This document shows positions 26,264-38,929 of a stretch of DNA of 64,000 nt, piece by piece. The DNA is taken from contig JAAOMT010000088.1 in assembly GCA_016748015.1 (NCBI GenBank), positions 217,663 to 281,662 of the forward strand. The letters are read 5' to 3'. The notes below the pieces were generated by a model, which saw only the letters and a program-made list of their open reading frames with translations, did no database searches and was not told where the DNA came from. This DNA is from Geosiphon pyriformis uo1 (lineage: Eukaryota > Fungi > Glomeromycota). Every line of letters starts with the position of its first letter. The first letter of the stretch is position 1. Both the position numbers and the translations under genes were made by a program.

Positions 26264-28180
26264 GTAATCATAATAATGACAAATTCATTACAATCTAACA
26301 TGTTTATGTTTCAGAAAAGTAACCAGTATAAATTTTGACCAAAATTTTTATTGCGAATCAAGTGAATTTTAACTAGTTACCTTACCGTTTGACGATGTCC
26401 AGTACAATAAAAATAAAAGTTTTTACTTAACTTTAAGTTTTTCGGCACGTTTTAGCAACTTTTCATCAATTGAAATTAGCAACACGGTTTAAGATTATAT
26501 AATTTATTGTTTCTTTGAAGTAAAATATAAATTTCTTTTTTCTCATGGTTTACCATTGTTATTTAAAATTGTAACCAAATTCCCTGGACTTCAACATTAA
26601 TTTGAATCACGTTTCTCAACCTGAATGTTCTCTCTTAATCAAAAATTGGTTTATTTTACAAGTGCAGAATAAAATAAGTAATTTTTTTTTATAGTTTCAC
26701 GCACTTAATATGTCACGAATTTTTTTTCCAAAACAAAAGATTGAAATGAATATATATAATTTTCGATCATTTATTAATAATAATATTTTTTATTTTGAAT
26801 TTCTAAAATACTTTTATGAACCTATAGGAATAAAATTAAATTCTAAAGTTTCAATATTCAATTTTAATCATAGGTCTCACTTTTAAAAGTTTATTAAAAA
26901 TTTTGATGTCAATTGCAATTTTTTGAAATTAGGTTAAGGTTTAAGTAATCATGAATTGTAGATCAGAAAGTTGCTGGGATTTCTAATTTTTAATTTAATG
27001 GTGGGCCAGATTATCAAAAGTAACATGCTTACATACATAGACACATGCATATATATATATGTTGCATAGTTTTTGTCACATTATCATCATCATTAAAGAA
27101 TGACAAACAAATGCTGCCCCGAGGATGGTAAAGAAAATCATTATGGCTTGTGCGTGCATGATTTTACCTATTAACTTTTACGAAAATGATTCAGCAAAAA
27201 AATGTCGTAGCATGACATTACTTTTCAGCTTAGAATTACAAAAGATATAAATTTTAAAATTTACCTCAAGATATATATTCATTAAGGACAAATTTTTTTA
27301 ATAAAAGGCAAGGATCAAATCAGAACACAGCAAATGAGTCATTAATAAAAATTAAATTCATGAAATCATAAATTCTCCAGTCAATTTATTTATTTATTAT
27401 TTGCTGTCAAATACTAAAGGTTTTATATTGTGAAAATCACATGAATGTGTTCTTGTTCAAACAAAATAGAATTTAACGAACGTGATCAAGTTCTTTCAAT
27501 TTTTTCTACATAAATAGAAGGAGTGATCCAAAATTCAATTTTCATTGGAAAAGAGCTTTTACATTGATTCAAAATATGCATTGTCCAATGAATATTGAAT
27601 ATTTGATGAAACAAGAGAAATTTGAAATAATTTCAAAAGATTTTTTATGTTTTTTGCACGAAAATTTGCCAAGATAAGTTTTTACATTATTCTTCAATTG
27701 ACATTAATAATCGGAGGAGATGTTACCTAAAGAAATTAATTAGGCTACTGAATTATTTGAAGATATGAAAAACACCAGTCACAAATAATTGCTTTAAAGG
27801 TTATTCTCATTTAAACCAGATATTTTTAGAATCAAATGATCTCATTTAAACTTTACTCATTGTCAAAAATTTTTATGTTTTGTCACCTAACACAATCCCA
27901 TAACATAAGGACTTGTACACAAGTTTATACCCTTCCCCATCTTTACATTAACATCAGACCATTATTGCCTCACCAATAATATTACGAGTTAAAGTGTCTC
28001 AAAGTTAATAACTGATAAAACATTTTAAAGAAAAATTTAAAATCCCCGATTTAACTGTATTATTAAAATCGGTTTCACTATTTTATATTGCTTAGGAAAA
28101 TGCTTCTGGCAAATAATTCTGAAAAAATCTTGATATTTTGACGCAAATGGTTGCGTTCATTACAGGAAGTTGTTTCTTTG

Positions 28181-28219
<39 letters not shown>

Positions 28220-28220
28220 G

Positions 28221-28276
<56 letters not shown>
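28181..28276. repeat. (ATT)n microsatellite
   Basis: About 32 units with two GTT variants. Confidence 0.9.
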
Positions 28277-28277
<1 letters not shown>

Positions 28278-31046
28278 TGGATTCTGCATTTGATTAGCTT
28301 CAAAAACCGTGGAATTTATAAATGATGATGAATCATTGTGAGCGAATCTTTGAATAAAACCCTTGGAAATCAATTATTTTTTGAACCGTCAGAGAATCTG
28401 GAACATACCATTTTCAAAAGAAAAAATTATCAATTGGTTATGCCAAGAGAAATAAGTATGTAGATCATTATCAAGTGTTTTTTTAAAAGTATCGTCGTCC
28501 ATCGAGCTTTCTTCATGTCCTCCTAAACAAGCATACTCTGAATTTATCACCAACGTTCCCAAATACAAGATCAAGATTGTTGAACATTAAAAAAATTTCA
28601 TTTGGCAGTTTTATTGATGTATTTCGGTGTGCAAAATACGATATATAGTATACAAAAAAAATTAGATTTTATTTTGTCAGACAGCGCAATGAAATTTGTT
28701 TGCTTATTAAATTAAATACGCAAACAAATTTAAACGTTTTCTGTATATTTGTACAACAACCAAATATTATCTGCATGAATTACTTCAATACAAATAAATT
28801 TGGCAGAAATTTGACAACTCATTATCTGAAGTTTTTTGTACATCTATAGACTATTCCCTAATAAGTAAATTTGTACACATTAATTTGTCAACTCATAGAA
28901 CACCTAACAAAAATTCTTAATAGATGCATGAACAATGATATCTGTTAAGTTTCCCAAAGACGAATTAGAAACAACTAAAATAAAAAAAAAGAACTATTTA
29001 TGACTAATTTAATCTAATCTATAGCTTTTTTTTTCATTTCAACAGAAGAAAATTTTGGAACATTTGAAAAACAGGTTTTGAGAAGATTTGTACATTCTCA
29101 TACACTTTTATGTTTTCTGAAATTTTCCTCAACAGGCAATGAGAAGAAAATTTATTTTACAAAAAAAATTTAGTCTTTGTGAATTTGTTTAAATATGACA
29201 AACCAATAAAAATATTTAGTATCAAAAATTTATTAATAGATTTTTCTTGATAGGATATTTATAAATCGATATGTAAAATGTTTTTATTAAAAAACAATTC
29301 CTTTCTTATCATAAATCCAAGGATTGGCATCAAGCAAATTAACTCCTTTTTCAATGGAACAGTGTGTGAAAAACTTTTTCTCTGTAATAAAAGAAAATTG
29401 AACCCATTTATAAAAACTTTATTATGTTTTAATTTTTTTTATTACTTATTAGTTGCAGAGGTTTTTTTTTTGAACATATTTTTAAAGTTTACTTTAACAT
29501 TAAAACTTGAATTTTTTTTTTACATATAAAAAAGATAAATATGAAAAATTTCTGTCAGGCAAAAGTATCTCTCTGTATTTTTTGTATAAATTGAAAAAAG
29601 AATTTGAACCAGTTTAATAAAGATAGTATAATGATCATTCCAAACAATTTGCCAATTTTTTGAGACTCAAAGAAAATTTAATGCTTCAGTTTTAAAAAAC
29701 AAAAGTTATCGAAAAAAATGCAATTTTTATCACGTTTGAAAAATGAGCATTGTTAAACGTAAAACAGTTAAAATAGAGATTTCAAAATGCAGTCCCGCAT
29801 TTTAAAGAATTTCTGTGATCAGTTGATTATAACCATATATGAAAAAGTTTTGTTACCTAATATGCAATCTTCACCCACGGGCTTTTACTCTATTCATAAC
29901 ATTCAACAAATTTAATGCTTTCTTGTACCTTGCCTATTTTCTAATACTATTACGGGATCTCATTCCACGTGTTATCGACATCATAATTTAATATTTCGGG
30001 GAGTCAATGTAGAGATACTATTTTTTACCAAGCGTTTTTGACATTTTATGTTTCTTTTCATCGAACGGATCTTCTATTATTAGTAGTAGTTGAGTATTTA
30101 TGATTAATTGTGAAATTCTGTTTTTAATTTCAATATATATTTTGTATATATATTAAAATCTATTGTGAACACAATAAAAGAAAAGATTACCTTTGATATG
30201 CCTCATGGCGTTAATTAGTGGTTTGAAATTAGCAAATTGTCTATCAAACAACACTAATTCAAAAATAAAGTTCTTTCAATACTATTAAATTAAGAAAATT
30301 AAATCATATGGTCGAAATCGCGTGGAAAGAGCCTTATTTTCTGTTCATAATGCATAGAGTTTCTCGGAGAATCGGATAAATCAACTGCTTATAATAGAAA
30401 TCAAAAAAAGAAAATTTCATTTCTTTCCAAAATAATGAGATGTCCTTTTCATCCAAATTTCCTATTTTTATTAAGGTTTAAAAATAAATTATCATTCTAA
30501 ACATATTTATATTAAGATTCTTTCAATGAAAAGGAACAGTCTTGTCATTCGGAAAACCGACAAATATCGAAAATAGAAGTGAATCGAGTAAAGTAGAAAT
30601 TATGAGTTAAGGGGATATCCTACATATTTTATTTTATTTTATTTTATTTTTCTTTTCTTTTCTTTTCAATAAACTTTTTCTGTAATATTTGAAATTGAAC
30701 TCAAAAAAAATAATATTTCCCATGATATTTTTTTAATCAAAAAATTTAAGGTAAAAAGAAAGAATGAAAGAAAGAAAAAAAAGTGAAATAAAGAAAGAAA
30801 GAAAGAAAGAAAGAAAAGAAAGAAAAAATCCTCCGAATTTCGTTTATTCAACACACCCCTACAATTAAAATTTTGAATTTTTACTTTATAAAATGGCAAA
30901 AGAAAATTAAATTTTGATTGGTGCTTTTTTCCCTTTGTGAGACAATATAAATAAATTTTTGGGATAAAAGTTTTAATTTATTCAATAGATTTTTCGAATC
31001 TTCGAATGAAAAGTGGTCAGTGCGAGTTTGACAGGTTTGAGAAGGA

Positions 31047-31087
31047 GGGGGGGGGTTGGGTTGGGTTGGGTTGGGTGGGGTGGGGGG
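31047..31087 (+). promoter_or_regulatory. G-rich tract with G-quadruplex-forming pattern ~0.9 kb upstream of the HMG gene
   Basis: G9-TT-GGG-TT-GGG-TT-GGG-TT-GGG-T-GGGG-T-G6 in otherwise AT-rich DNA. A regulatory role is inference only. Confidence 0.35.
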
Positions 31088-31978
31088 TGATTGAAACCTT
31101 GATTTTTATTTTCCCACGATTTCTTCGAAAAAAGATGAGATTAAAATGCAAGATTGCAAATAAAATCCTAAATCTCATGCTTTATGTTTGTAAATAGAAA
31201 TTCCTAAAAAAAATTTTTTGCCCTCTAAATTTCTTTCCAGGACCACTCAAACATTTTTCTTTCTCCCTAAATCTCTACGAAAAGAGATAACAAAGACATT
31301 TTTTTTCCTCTTAACTTTCCCCCTTGGAAATCTTCTCGCCTCAAATGTTTTATTAAAATTCTTGAAAGTAATAACATTTAAGCAATAGTATTTATTTTGG
31401 GAAAAGTAAAATCATTGGTTCAAGTTTCGATCTTATCAAAGAGAAGGATCAAACTTAATACAATGGAATTCATAAATTCACCTGCATACTTCTAGGATAG
31501 CAAACAATGGCTTTACTATAAGCTCTTCGTGGGTGTTATTGTTACATATAATCGACAGAAATAATACAAAGACCTAGCCGCGGGGTGCGGAAAAAGTGCT
31601 GATGCATTTAATAAATTACAATCTAAATACACCAATCGAAGAAACAAGGCTTCTTCGTTAAAATTTTATTTCACAAAAAAGATGATGCCATATGATAAGG
31701 ATAATATTTTTGAAATTATAAAAAGGAGACCAAATTTTATGACTTCTCATGAATTCCTTTTTAACAGAACTAAAAATTTAGTGTCAAAAGAATTCAGAAA
31801 GAGAATAAAAAAAACCATATTTGAAATATTTACCTTTGATTCCTTCCTGATATTTATAAATTTATTGATAAATTTCTTAAATATCCCATAAAAATTTTTC
31901 ATTACTTGACTTTTTTTTCTTTTATATTCATTGAAAACTGACCTCTGTTATTATCCACTCTTGTTCCTATCAACTATA

Positions 31979-32520
31979 ATGGATGTACCAATTAAAAACT
32001 ATTGCCATCTATTGAGCTTCGAAGATTTAAATGTTGACCAACATCATCAACAACAACAACTGGATTCCACTTTCTCTTTTCATTTAAATAAAATAAACCC
32101 TTCTTCTTCTTCTTCTCCTTCTTCTTCTTCTTCTCCTTCTTCTTCTTCTTCTTCTTCTTCTTCTTCTTCTTCTTCTTCTTCTTCTTCTTCTACTTCTCAA
32201 TTAAATCAACAAAATATTTACGTTCGACCTGTTTTCCCTAAAAATCAAGTTAATTTTCACGTAAATTCTTTTAATAATCCTCAAGGATACAATCAGGATT
32301 TGTCTCCAATGCAATCCTCTTTCATGAATTATCATTTTGAAAATAATCCCTACAAATTTATTCCTCACAATTATCAGCTTCCTTCTCCTCAAAAATCAAT
32401 TAATCAATCCCATCAGACACTTGCTCATCAACCATCAATTAATCAAAACTCACAACCAAACTCTCAAACACCTTTTAATTCTCCAGAGATTAAGAGTTCT
32501 CAATCTACTACTACTACTAC

Positions 32521-32564
<44 letters not shown>

Positions 32565-33943
32565 TCACTCCATCTAATACGGCAACAAACACAATTTTCA
32601 ATCAAGAAATCATTGAACAACAACAACCTTCTACAATTACAAAACCACAATCAAAAACAAAAAAGAAAACAACAAAGCCAAAAATTAAACGTCCAAAACG
32701 AACACCACGTCCCCCAAATGCTTTCATACTTTATAGAACAAACATTCAACCAAAGATTGTTGCCAAATATGATACCTTAACAAATGCTGAAGTATCTAAA
32801 GTGGCCAGCAAATTGTGGTGGAAAGAAGAAGAAGAAATACGTTTTCATTGGGAAAAGCTTGCCGATAGAATCAAGTTGAAACATATGCAAGAAAATCCTG
32901 ATTACATTTATCAACCAAAAAAAACTCAAGCGAAAAAAAATAAGATATCTAAAATTTCGGTAAACAGAGCTGGCGCTTCTTCTCCAACACATCCCCCCAC
33001 TCCAATCAATAAAAGATTGGCAACCGTTACTTTCAAAGATGATGCCACCTTAACCGCCATTGCTGAAGAAGCTTTCGTCAATTTTCAAACAAATGGTGCT
33101 ACAGAAAGGTCAACTATTCAGGACTCGAAACATAAATCAATTAATTCTATGATGCAAGATCATAAAGATTTTGATAAAAATCAAAATAAACATTTATCTT
33201 ACCCAGTCCATCATTTCACAATTGATAAAACAAGTAATAAAAAGCTTCTTGCTAATTCAAAGAGATTTCAACCAAATTCCAAAAACATAGTATCCTATAT
33301 AGAAGAAGCATCTTCCCTGTCTGTACCTCTAACAACACAATCAACACACAAACTGTCATTTCCTCATCACAATCATTTGATGCAGATTGATTCTCCTTTA
33401 TCATCAAATTACAATCAAAATTCACCCCAATTACAAACTACATTTCACGCTGAAGAAAATACGAATTCTTCAATGATTTTGGAGCAGGCTCACAACGATC
33501 AAACTGGTCATTATGACGCGTCAAACAATACCTCAAGGTCACAGTCACAGGAAATTTCTTTCCTGAATCCAATTGTGATTGAAAACTTTCATCCACTTCA
33601 ATCATCAAACTATTATAACTTGGAACATCATAACCAAGAAACTCAAAAATCTTATCATGATAACCATTTTTATCCTAACCAAGAATATTTTACACCACCC
33701 TGTTCAAACAGCTTCGAGGAGCCTAATATTAGTGATACAAGTAGCTTAATTCCATGTAGTCCTAGCGAACAAGGTGGAAGTGTAACATCTTGGTATGTGA
33801 ACGAGTATAGTTCAACACCAGCAAGAACACCTTCTGATGTCGATATGGATGGATATATGAGGGAACAACCAACTCCGTATGCTTGTTTTGATCATACCAC
33901 CACACCTTACACTTCCTCAAGATGCAGTAGTGTTGGTCTTTAA
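31979..33943 (+). CDS. MATA-type (sequence-specific) HMG-box transcription factor, intronless, ~654 aa
   Basis: First ATG at 31979. HMG box at ~32705-32920: PRPPNAFILYR...TNAEVSKVASKLWWKEEEEIRFHWEKLADRIKLKHMQENPDYIYQPKK, preceded by a basic NLS-like stretch. Flanks are low-complexity (poly-S, poly-N, Q/S/P-rich). Confidence 0.93.
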
Positions 33944-35796
33944 ACTTTTCTTTGTCTTATATAATATTAATGACCTTAAGAGACCTTTAAATTCGTATTG
34001 AAAATTTTCAGTCTTAACACATTAAAAATCACAATCATAGTTACATTGAACAATTTTTCATCTTTTCTTTGCATAAACAATTTTCATTTTTCGCTTTTGC
34101 AACAAAAAAATCAAAAACCCAAAATTTTCATTTTTTTATAGACTTTCGTTTTCCTCAATTCTTTAGCTTAAAACTTTCAAAAAAAAAATTGTAAAATTCA
34201 TTTTCATGAAGCAAAATTCTGACACACATTTCATTTCATATATGATCATCTGTGTACAAAAGATCGATATTTTAGGATCCATATTCAAATTGATGTACCT
34301 AAAATAAAATGTCGCAAATATTTCATGCAAAATGGCAGAATAAAATTGTGTGTAACTACCTTGATCTTTATAATCGCATTTTTACCCCAATTTTATGTTA
34401 TAGGAACACACGTTTTAATAGGAAACCATGGCGCTGGATTAATTGTGACTCGTTTAAAATAGTCTTTAAAAGCTCAAATATTTAGCGGAGAATTCTTTTG
34501 CTTTTGAAAAACTACGTCAGACACAAGGGGAGAAAGTACTCTTGAATATAGATTTTCTGATAAGAAAACATAAAGATAAAACTGATTATCGGAGGAGATA
34601 ATGAATAAAATGTTGAGAACACGTGATTTTAATGAAATTGATTACAGAATTAAAAATTTACTTTTTGTATATTTTTTTAATTGCGTTGTATATTTGAGAT
34701 GCATGCTTTGTTTAATTACCAATTTTTCTTAGTAACACTGTTTTTGCAGAATAGATGAGCAATATCTTCAAAGCAGCTCATCTGACGCCATATTAAGGTT
34801 GGTGCCATTATATCATTTTTGTGTAAAAGTTTAGATTACCAATTGTTCATACTTTTGGATGTACACAAATTTTTGACTTGTGCATTTTAAGATTTACCAT
34901 ATCTGGACAAAATGAAGAATTAATTAAACATACTGCGAAAAATCATACGATGTGTCAATGAGTGCTGTTTAATTTTAATTATCATCTTTTTTAAAAGAGG
35001 AAGATAAAAAAAGAGAATTTTTCAAAGGTCAAGAAGAAGGAAAAAGCGTTAGAAGCTTCAATATTTGAAGACAAAAATTGTTGCAGAAGAGTGCAATGTG
35101 ATTGATTCGCAAGAAAATTAAAGAATCTGTAAGAAAATTATTATTTCAAAATAATTGATGAGTGATTGATTAAAAAAGTAGTTTAAATTTGTAATATGTC
35201 TTGTGTAAAAGTTGGTTTAATTTTTTTTCAACCTATGAATAGCCGTGAATTTATATATTTTGTTTGGATTCAATTTAATTTGTGTCTTTTAGTGTAAGAA
35301 TGAGTACAATAACAGATTAGACTAGCCTGAACAAGTCTTAATAAAAAATTGATTTGAGATTCATTTTATTGATTCCGCCAATGATTTTTCTGATTTTAAG
35401 ATTTAGACAAAATGTATTCCAAACTATAATTTGTCCTTTGACAAATTTCTCTTTTGTTTTTATCAGTTAAAAAACACATATGTTTACCTTCTAACATTGA
35501 AAATAATGATTTCGGAATACAAAATTTTGCAAAGTTTAATTGAAAATTTTTAGTATTTTTAAGTTTCTTCAGGAGGTCTAATTGAAACACAACTAAATTT
35601 GTTTGCACTCATTTTTTTTATTAAAGAATTGTTTATGAAACATATGTGCATATGTGTATATGTGTGATAAATTTGATAAATGAATGTTCAAAAACATGTT
35701 TCGCCGAAAATTCATAATTAAATGTTTAAAATTGCATTTACATCAAATAGAAAAAGAAAACTTTTAAGGATGCGATGACACTTTCTATGTGTTTGT

Positions 35797-35848
35797 CGTT
35801 ATTGTTATTGTTATTGTTATTGTTGTTGTTGTTGTTGTTGTTGTTGTT
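35797..35848. repeat. (GTT/ATTGTT)n microsatellite
   Basis: Direct reading. Confidence 0.85.
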
Positions 35849-37260
35849 TGTACAACCTTTAACAAATATTAAAATTTGATTGAATATTTTCTCTTTTATT
35901 CTAAATTAATTTACTCATAAAAATATCATTTCAAATTAAAAATAAATAATAGTGAATTTGATCATGATTTCATTAAAATAATTTCAAAAATAATAATAAC
36001 AACAATATTTTTTGAAAATTTTTATAAACACAAAAAAAAATTGATTTAAAATACAATATTAAGAATTTTTGTAATTAAAATATTTTAGTATTTAATAATA
36101 TTGTTTAAATAAAATATTTTTTAAACTTCACGATTACAAATACGAAATTTTAAAATTGAAATAACTTGAATGTTCAACATTATTTAAAATATTTTAAGAA
36201 TAAAACTTGTTTTTATAGTACATTGTTTATTGATTGGAAATTTAAAAATTTATGTATTATGCAAATATTATAATATAAATTTACTTTGATTTTTTTTTTT
36301 GAACCAAATTTCAAATCTATTAATTTCTTATAATCCAATTTATTATAATATATACTGATTTAAAAAGAGATCTCATTTCCAAAAAAATTCTCAGATTGAA
36401 ATTTTCCCAATTCAAATAAAAAAGAATATAAATTTAAAAGAAATCTGTTAAATACTTTTATGCTGATCTTACAAAATTATGGCCTTGTAGATTCCTGATA
36501 TATTTCACTCATGGGAGATATCCGTCAAGTTGGACTTTGGCTTGTATGTTCTACGAATCCATTTTTAGAAGTAGGCATTTTTCTCAAAATAGACATATGG
36601 CCAATTTTCGTTCCTTAGCATCTATGATTAACTTAGTCTCAATTTAGTGAAAATTTATGTGAAGCCAGAGAAATTGCCTTTCTAGCCTTCGAAGCAATTT
36701 GTAGATAAAATCGTAGAATGGATAGCATGAACAGTGGATTCAATTTTTAAATATTGCTCAGGTTAGAAAGTTCATATTTTAATGGAAGGAGCAGAAGCGG
36801 CTGTAAGGAGAAAGCTTTTTTGATTATTTTATCTTTACAATCTCATCAAGAGAGTTTTTAATACAACTGTTTCTTCATAAAGGTCTCAAGGATTAATGAG
36901 CAGCAATCCTAAAAGATTAAAGAGGTTCAAAATTTTAAGTTCCTTCGTGAATACTGAGGAATTAACCTAGAATCTTCTTTTTCTATATACAAACTTTTGG
37001 AAAACTAAAAAGTGAAACGTCATAACAGTAGCGGAAAATTATGATTCACACTTAATCGGGAAATCCCGTAAAAAAAAACTGATCTAGATGGATCATCAAA
37101 CAAAGAATTAAGATTGATGGATATCGTTATTGCTTTATGATTTTCCATCCGCTCTTCAAAATTCTGGGTTTTATCTACTTATTATTTCAAATTTTCAAAA
37201 TATTGTAATTGTATTTTCTCATCTTCACGATATAATAAAATCTTCCTTAGATCAAGTTCA

Positions 37261-38742
37261 ATGTCTTTTTCGAATACCTCCGAAACTAATAAGCGTTATA
37301 AAATCTTGCTAACGAGTACATTGTTACCGAGTTCAATGGAACGCCTACAGTCGGCCCCTGATATTGAATTACATCGTGCAGAGAACGGCAGTCTTTCACG
37401 TACTGAGTTATTACAAAACATAAAAGGTGAGTTTTTGCAATATTAAGTTATTATAAGAGAATATAAATTCAAAAAAACTAAAAGCTATAAATTTTTATTC
37501 TTTTTTACTACAAGGTGTTGACGGGATATTGTGCACGCTAAATGATAGAATTGATACCGAGGTATTAGATCAAGCTGGTCCACAACTCAAAGTCGTATCG
37601 ACTCTATCAGGTGTGAATTTGAATTTATAATGTGTTAAAATTGCGAACAGAGATTATTCTTTAGATTCTTTCCCTAAAAATGAATGATATTTTTATCTTA
37701 ACACAGTTGGCTATGATCACATCGATACCAGTGAACTTCGAAAGCGCGGAATAGCGCTTGGAATTACGCCGGGTGTCTTGACCGATGCAACAGCAGGTCA
37801 GTGAAAACTTGACTAGTCAGAAATTTTGGTTTTGGCTAATCCCTTTCTATACTGAATTCGATTATAAGATACTGCTATTATATTGATTTTGGGGGCGGCA
37901 CGTCGAATACGTGAGGTAAACCGAAACTTTTATCATGGCTTATCGATTAATTTTTTATTAAATTCATTCATCTTTTATAGAATATTCATGCGGTTTTAAA
38001 CAGAGAATGGAATAATTGGAGTTTTGCATCATCCTTAGGTCAGTGTTCCCATTTCACATTTCCAATTAGTGTACCCGATGAATTTCTAGCTAATTGTTTT
38101 TAAAATAAAATGTTTTAGGAACACAACTAACCGATAAAACCATTGGGATTGTTGGGCTTGGTAGGATAGGGACAGCGATTACACGTCGATTACAACCCTT
38201 TATAGGTTTAAATGGTAAAGTAATTTATACTGGAAACAGTGATAAACCCGTAGCCAAAGAATTAGGTGCCCTTCGAGTTGATTTTGAAACATTATTGCGC
38301 GAATCTGACGTCATTTCTGTGAGTTGCACACTCAATGAAAAAACCAGGGAAATGTTTAATTACGAGGCTTTCAAAAAGATGAAAAAAAGCGTAGTAAGTA
38401 ATTTTTCCACGTCCCAAATTATTCACTTTTTACAAAAAAAAAGGTTTAATTACTATTCTGTTCTTGGAGATATTTGTAAATACTGCTCGTGGTGGTATCG
38501 TTCAACAAGATGACCTTGTACGTGCACTGTCCGAAGGTCTTATTGGGTCGGTCGGTCTAGATGTGACAACACCTGAACCTTTGGATTCTGATCATCCCTT
38601 ATTGAAGTTTCAAAATGTGCTTGTGCTTCCCCATATAGGAAGTGCCACCATAGAAACACGAACCATGATGGGAAACATGAGTGTTGATAATGTTTTGGCA
38701 GGCGTTCGTGAGCTGAAATTACCTTCTGGCCTTGACTTATGA
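37261..38742 (+). CDS. Glyoxylate/hydroxypyruvate reductase, copy B; 7 exons
   Basis: Exons 37261-37426, 37515-37610, 37707-37796, 37869-37915, 37981-38038, 38119-38393 and 38470-38742 join in frame. Motifs: [42 protein letters not shown]. Confidence 0.94.
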
Positions 38743-38929
38743 GGAATATATTTTCTGTCTCGGGTTTTCGAGACTACTTCTTGTTATTACATTATCAATT
38801 TATAAATATACATATCTCATACCTTTATAAACTCATGCTAAAGTTAAAACATTGAAATTACATTTTAATGTTTAATATTAGAGTGTAATAGTAAAAGAAC
38901 AAGCAAAGTCTTATACCCAAACGTGGAGA

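Noticed and set aside
28389-28574. ORF containing DDDTF, reminiscent of GT31 glycosyltransferases
   Set aside because: Non-ATG start, no supporting exons, and the motif is too short.
31682-31891. 69-aa ORF just upstream of the HMG gene as a regulatory uORF or gene
   Set aside because: F/I/K/N composition typical of chance ORFs in AT-rich DNA; the transcript start is unknown.
32201-32992. Overlapping alternative-frame and antisense ORFs within the HMG gene
   Set aside because: Shadows of codon bias and microsatellites. The same applies to antisense ORFs over the methyltransferase, CorA, lipase and peptide genes.
31979-33943. Calling the HMG gene sexM/sexP or MAT1-2-1
   Set aside because: No tptA/rnhA or APN2/SLA2 neighbours, the protein is much longer than typical sex-locus HMGs, and MATA-HMG genes are highly expanded in Glomeromycotina.
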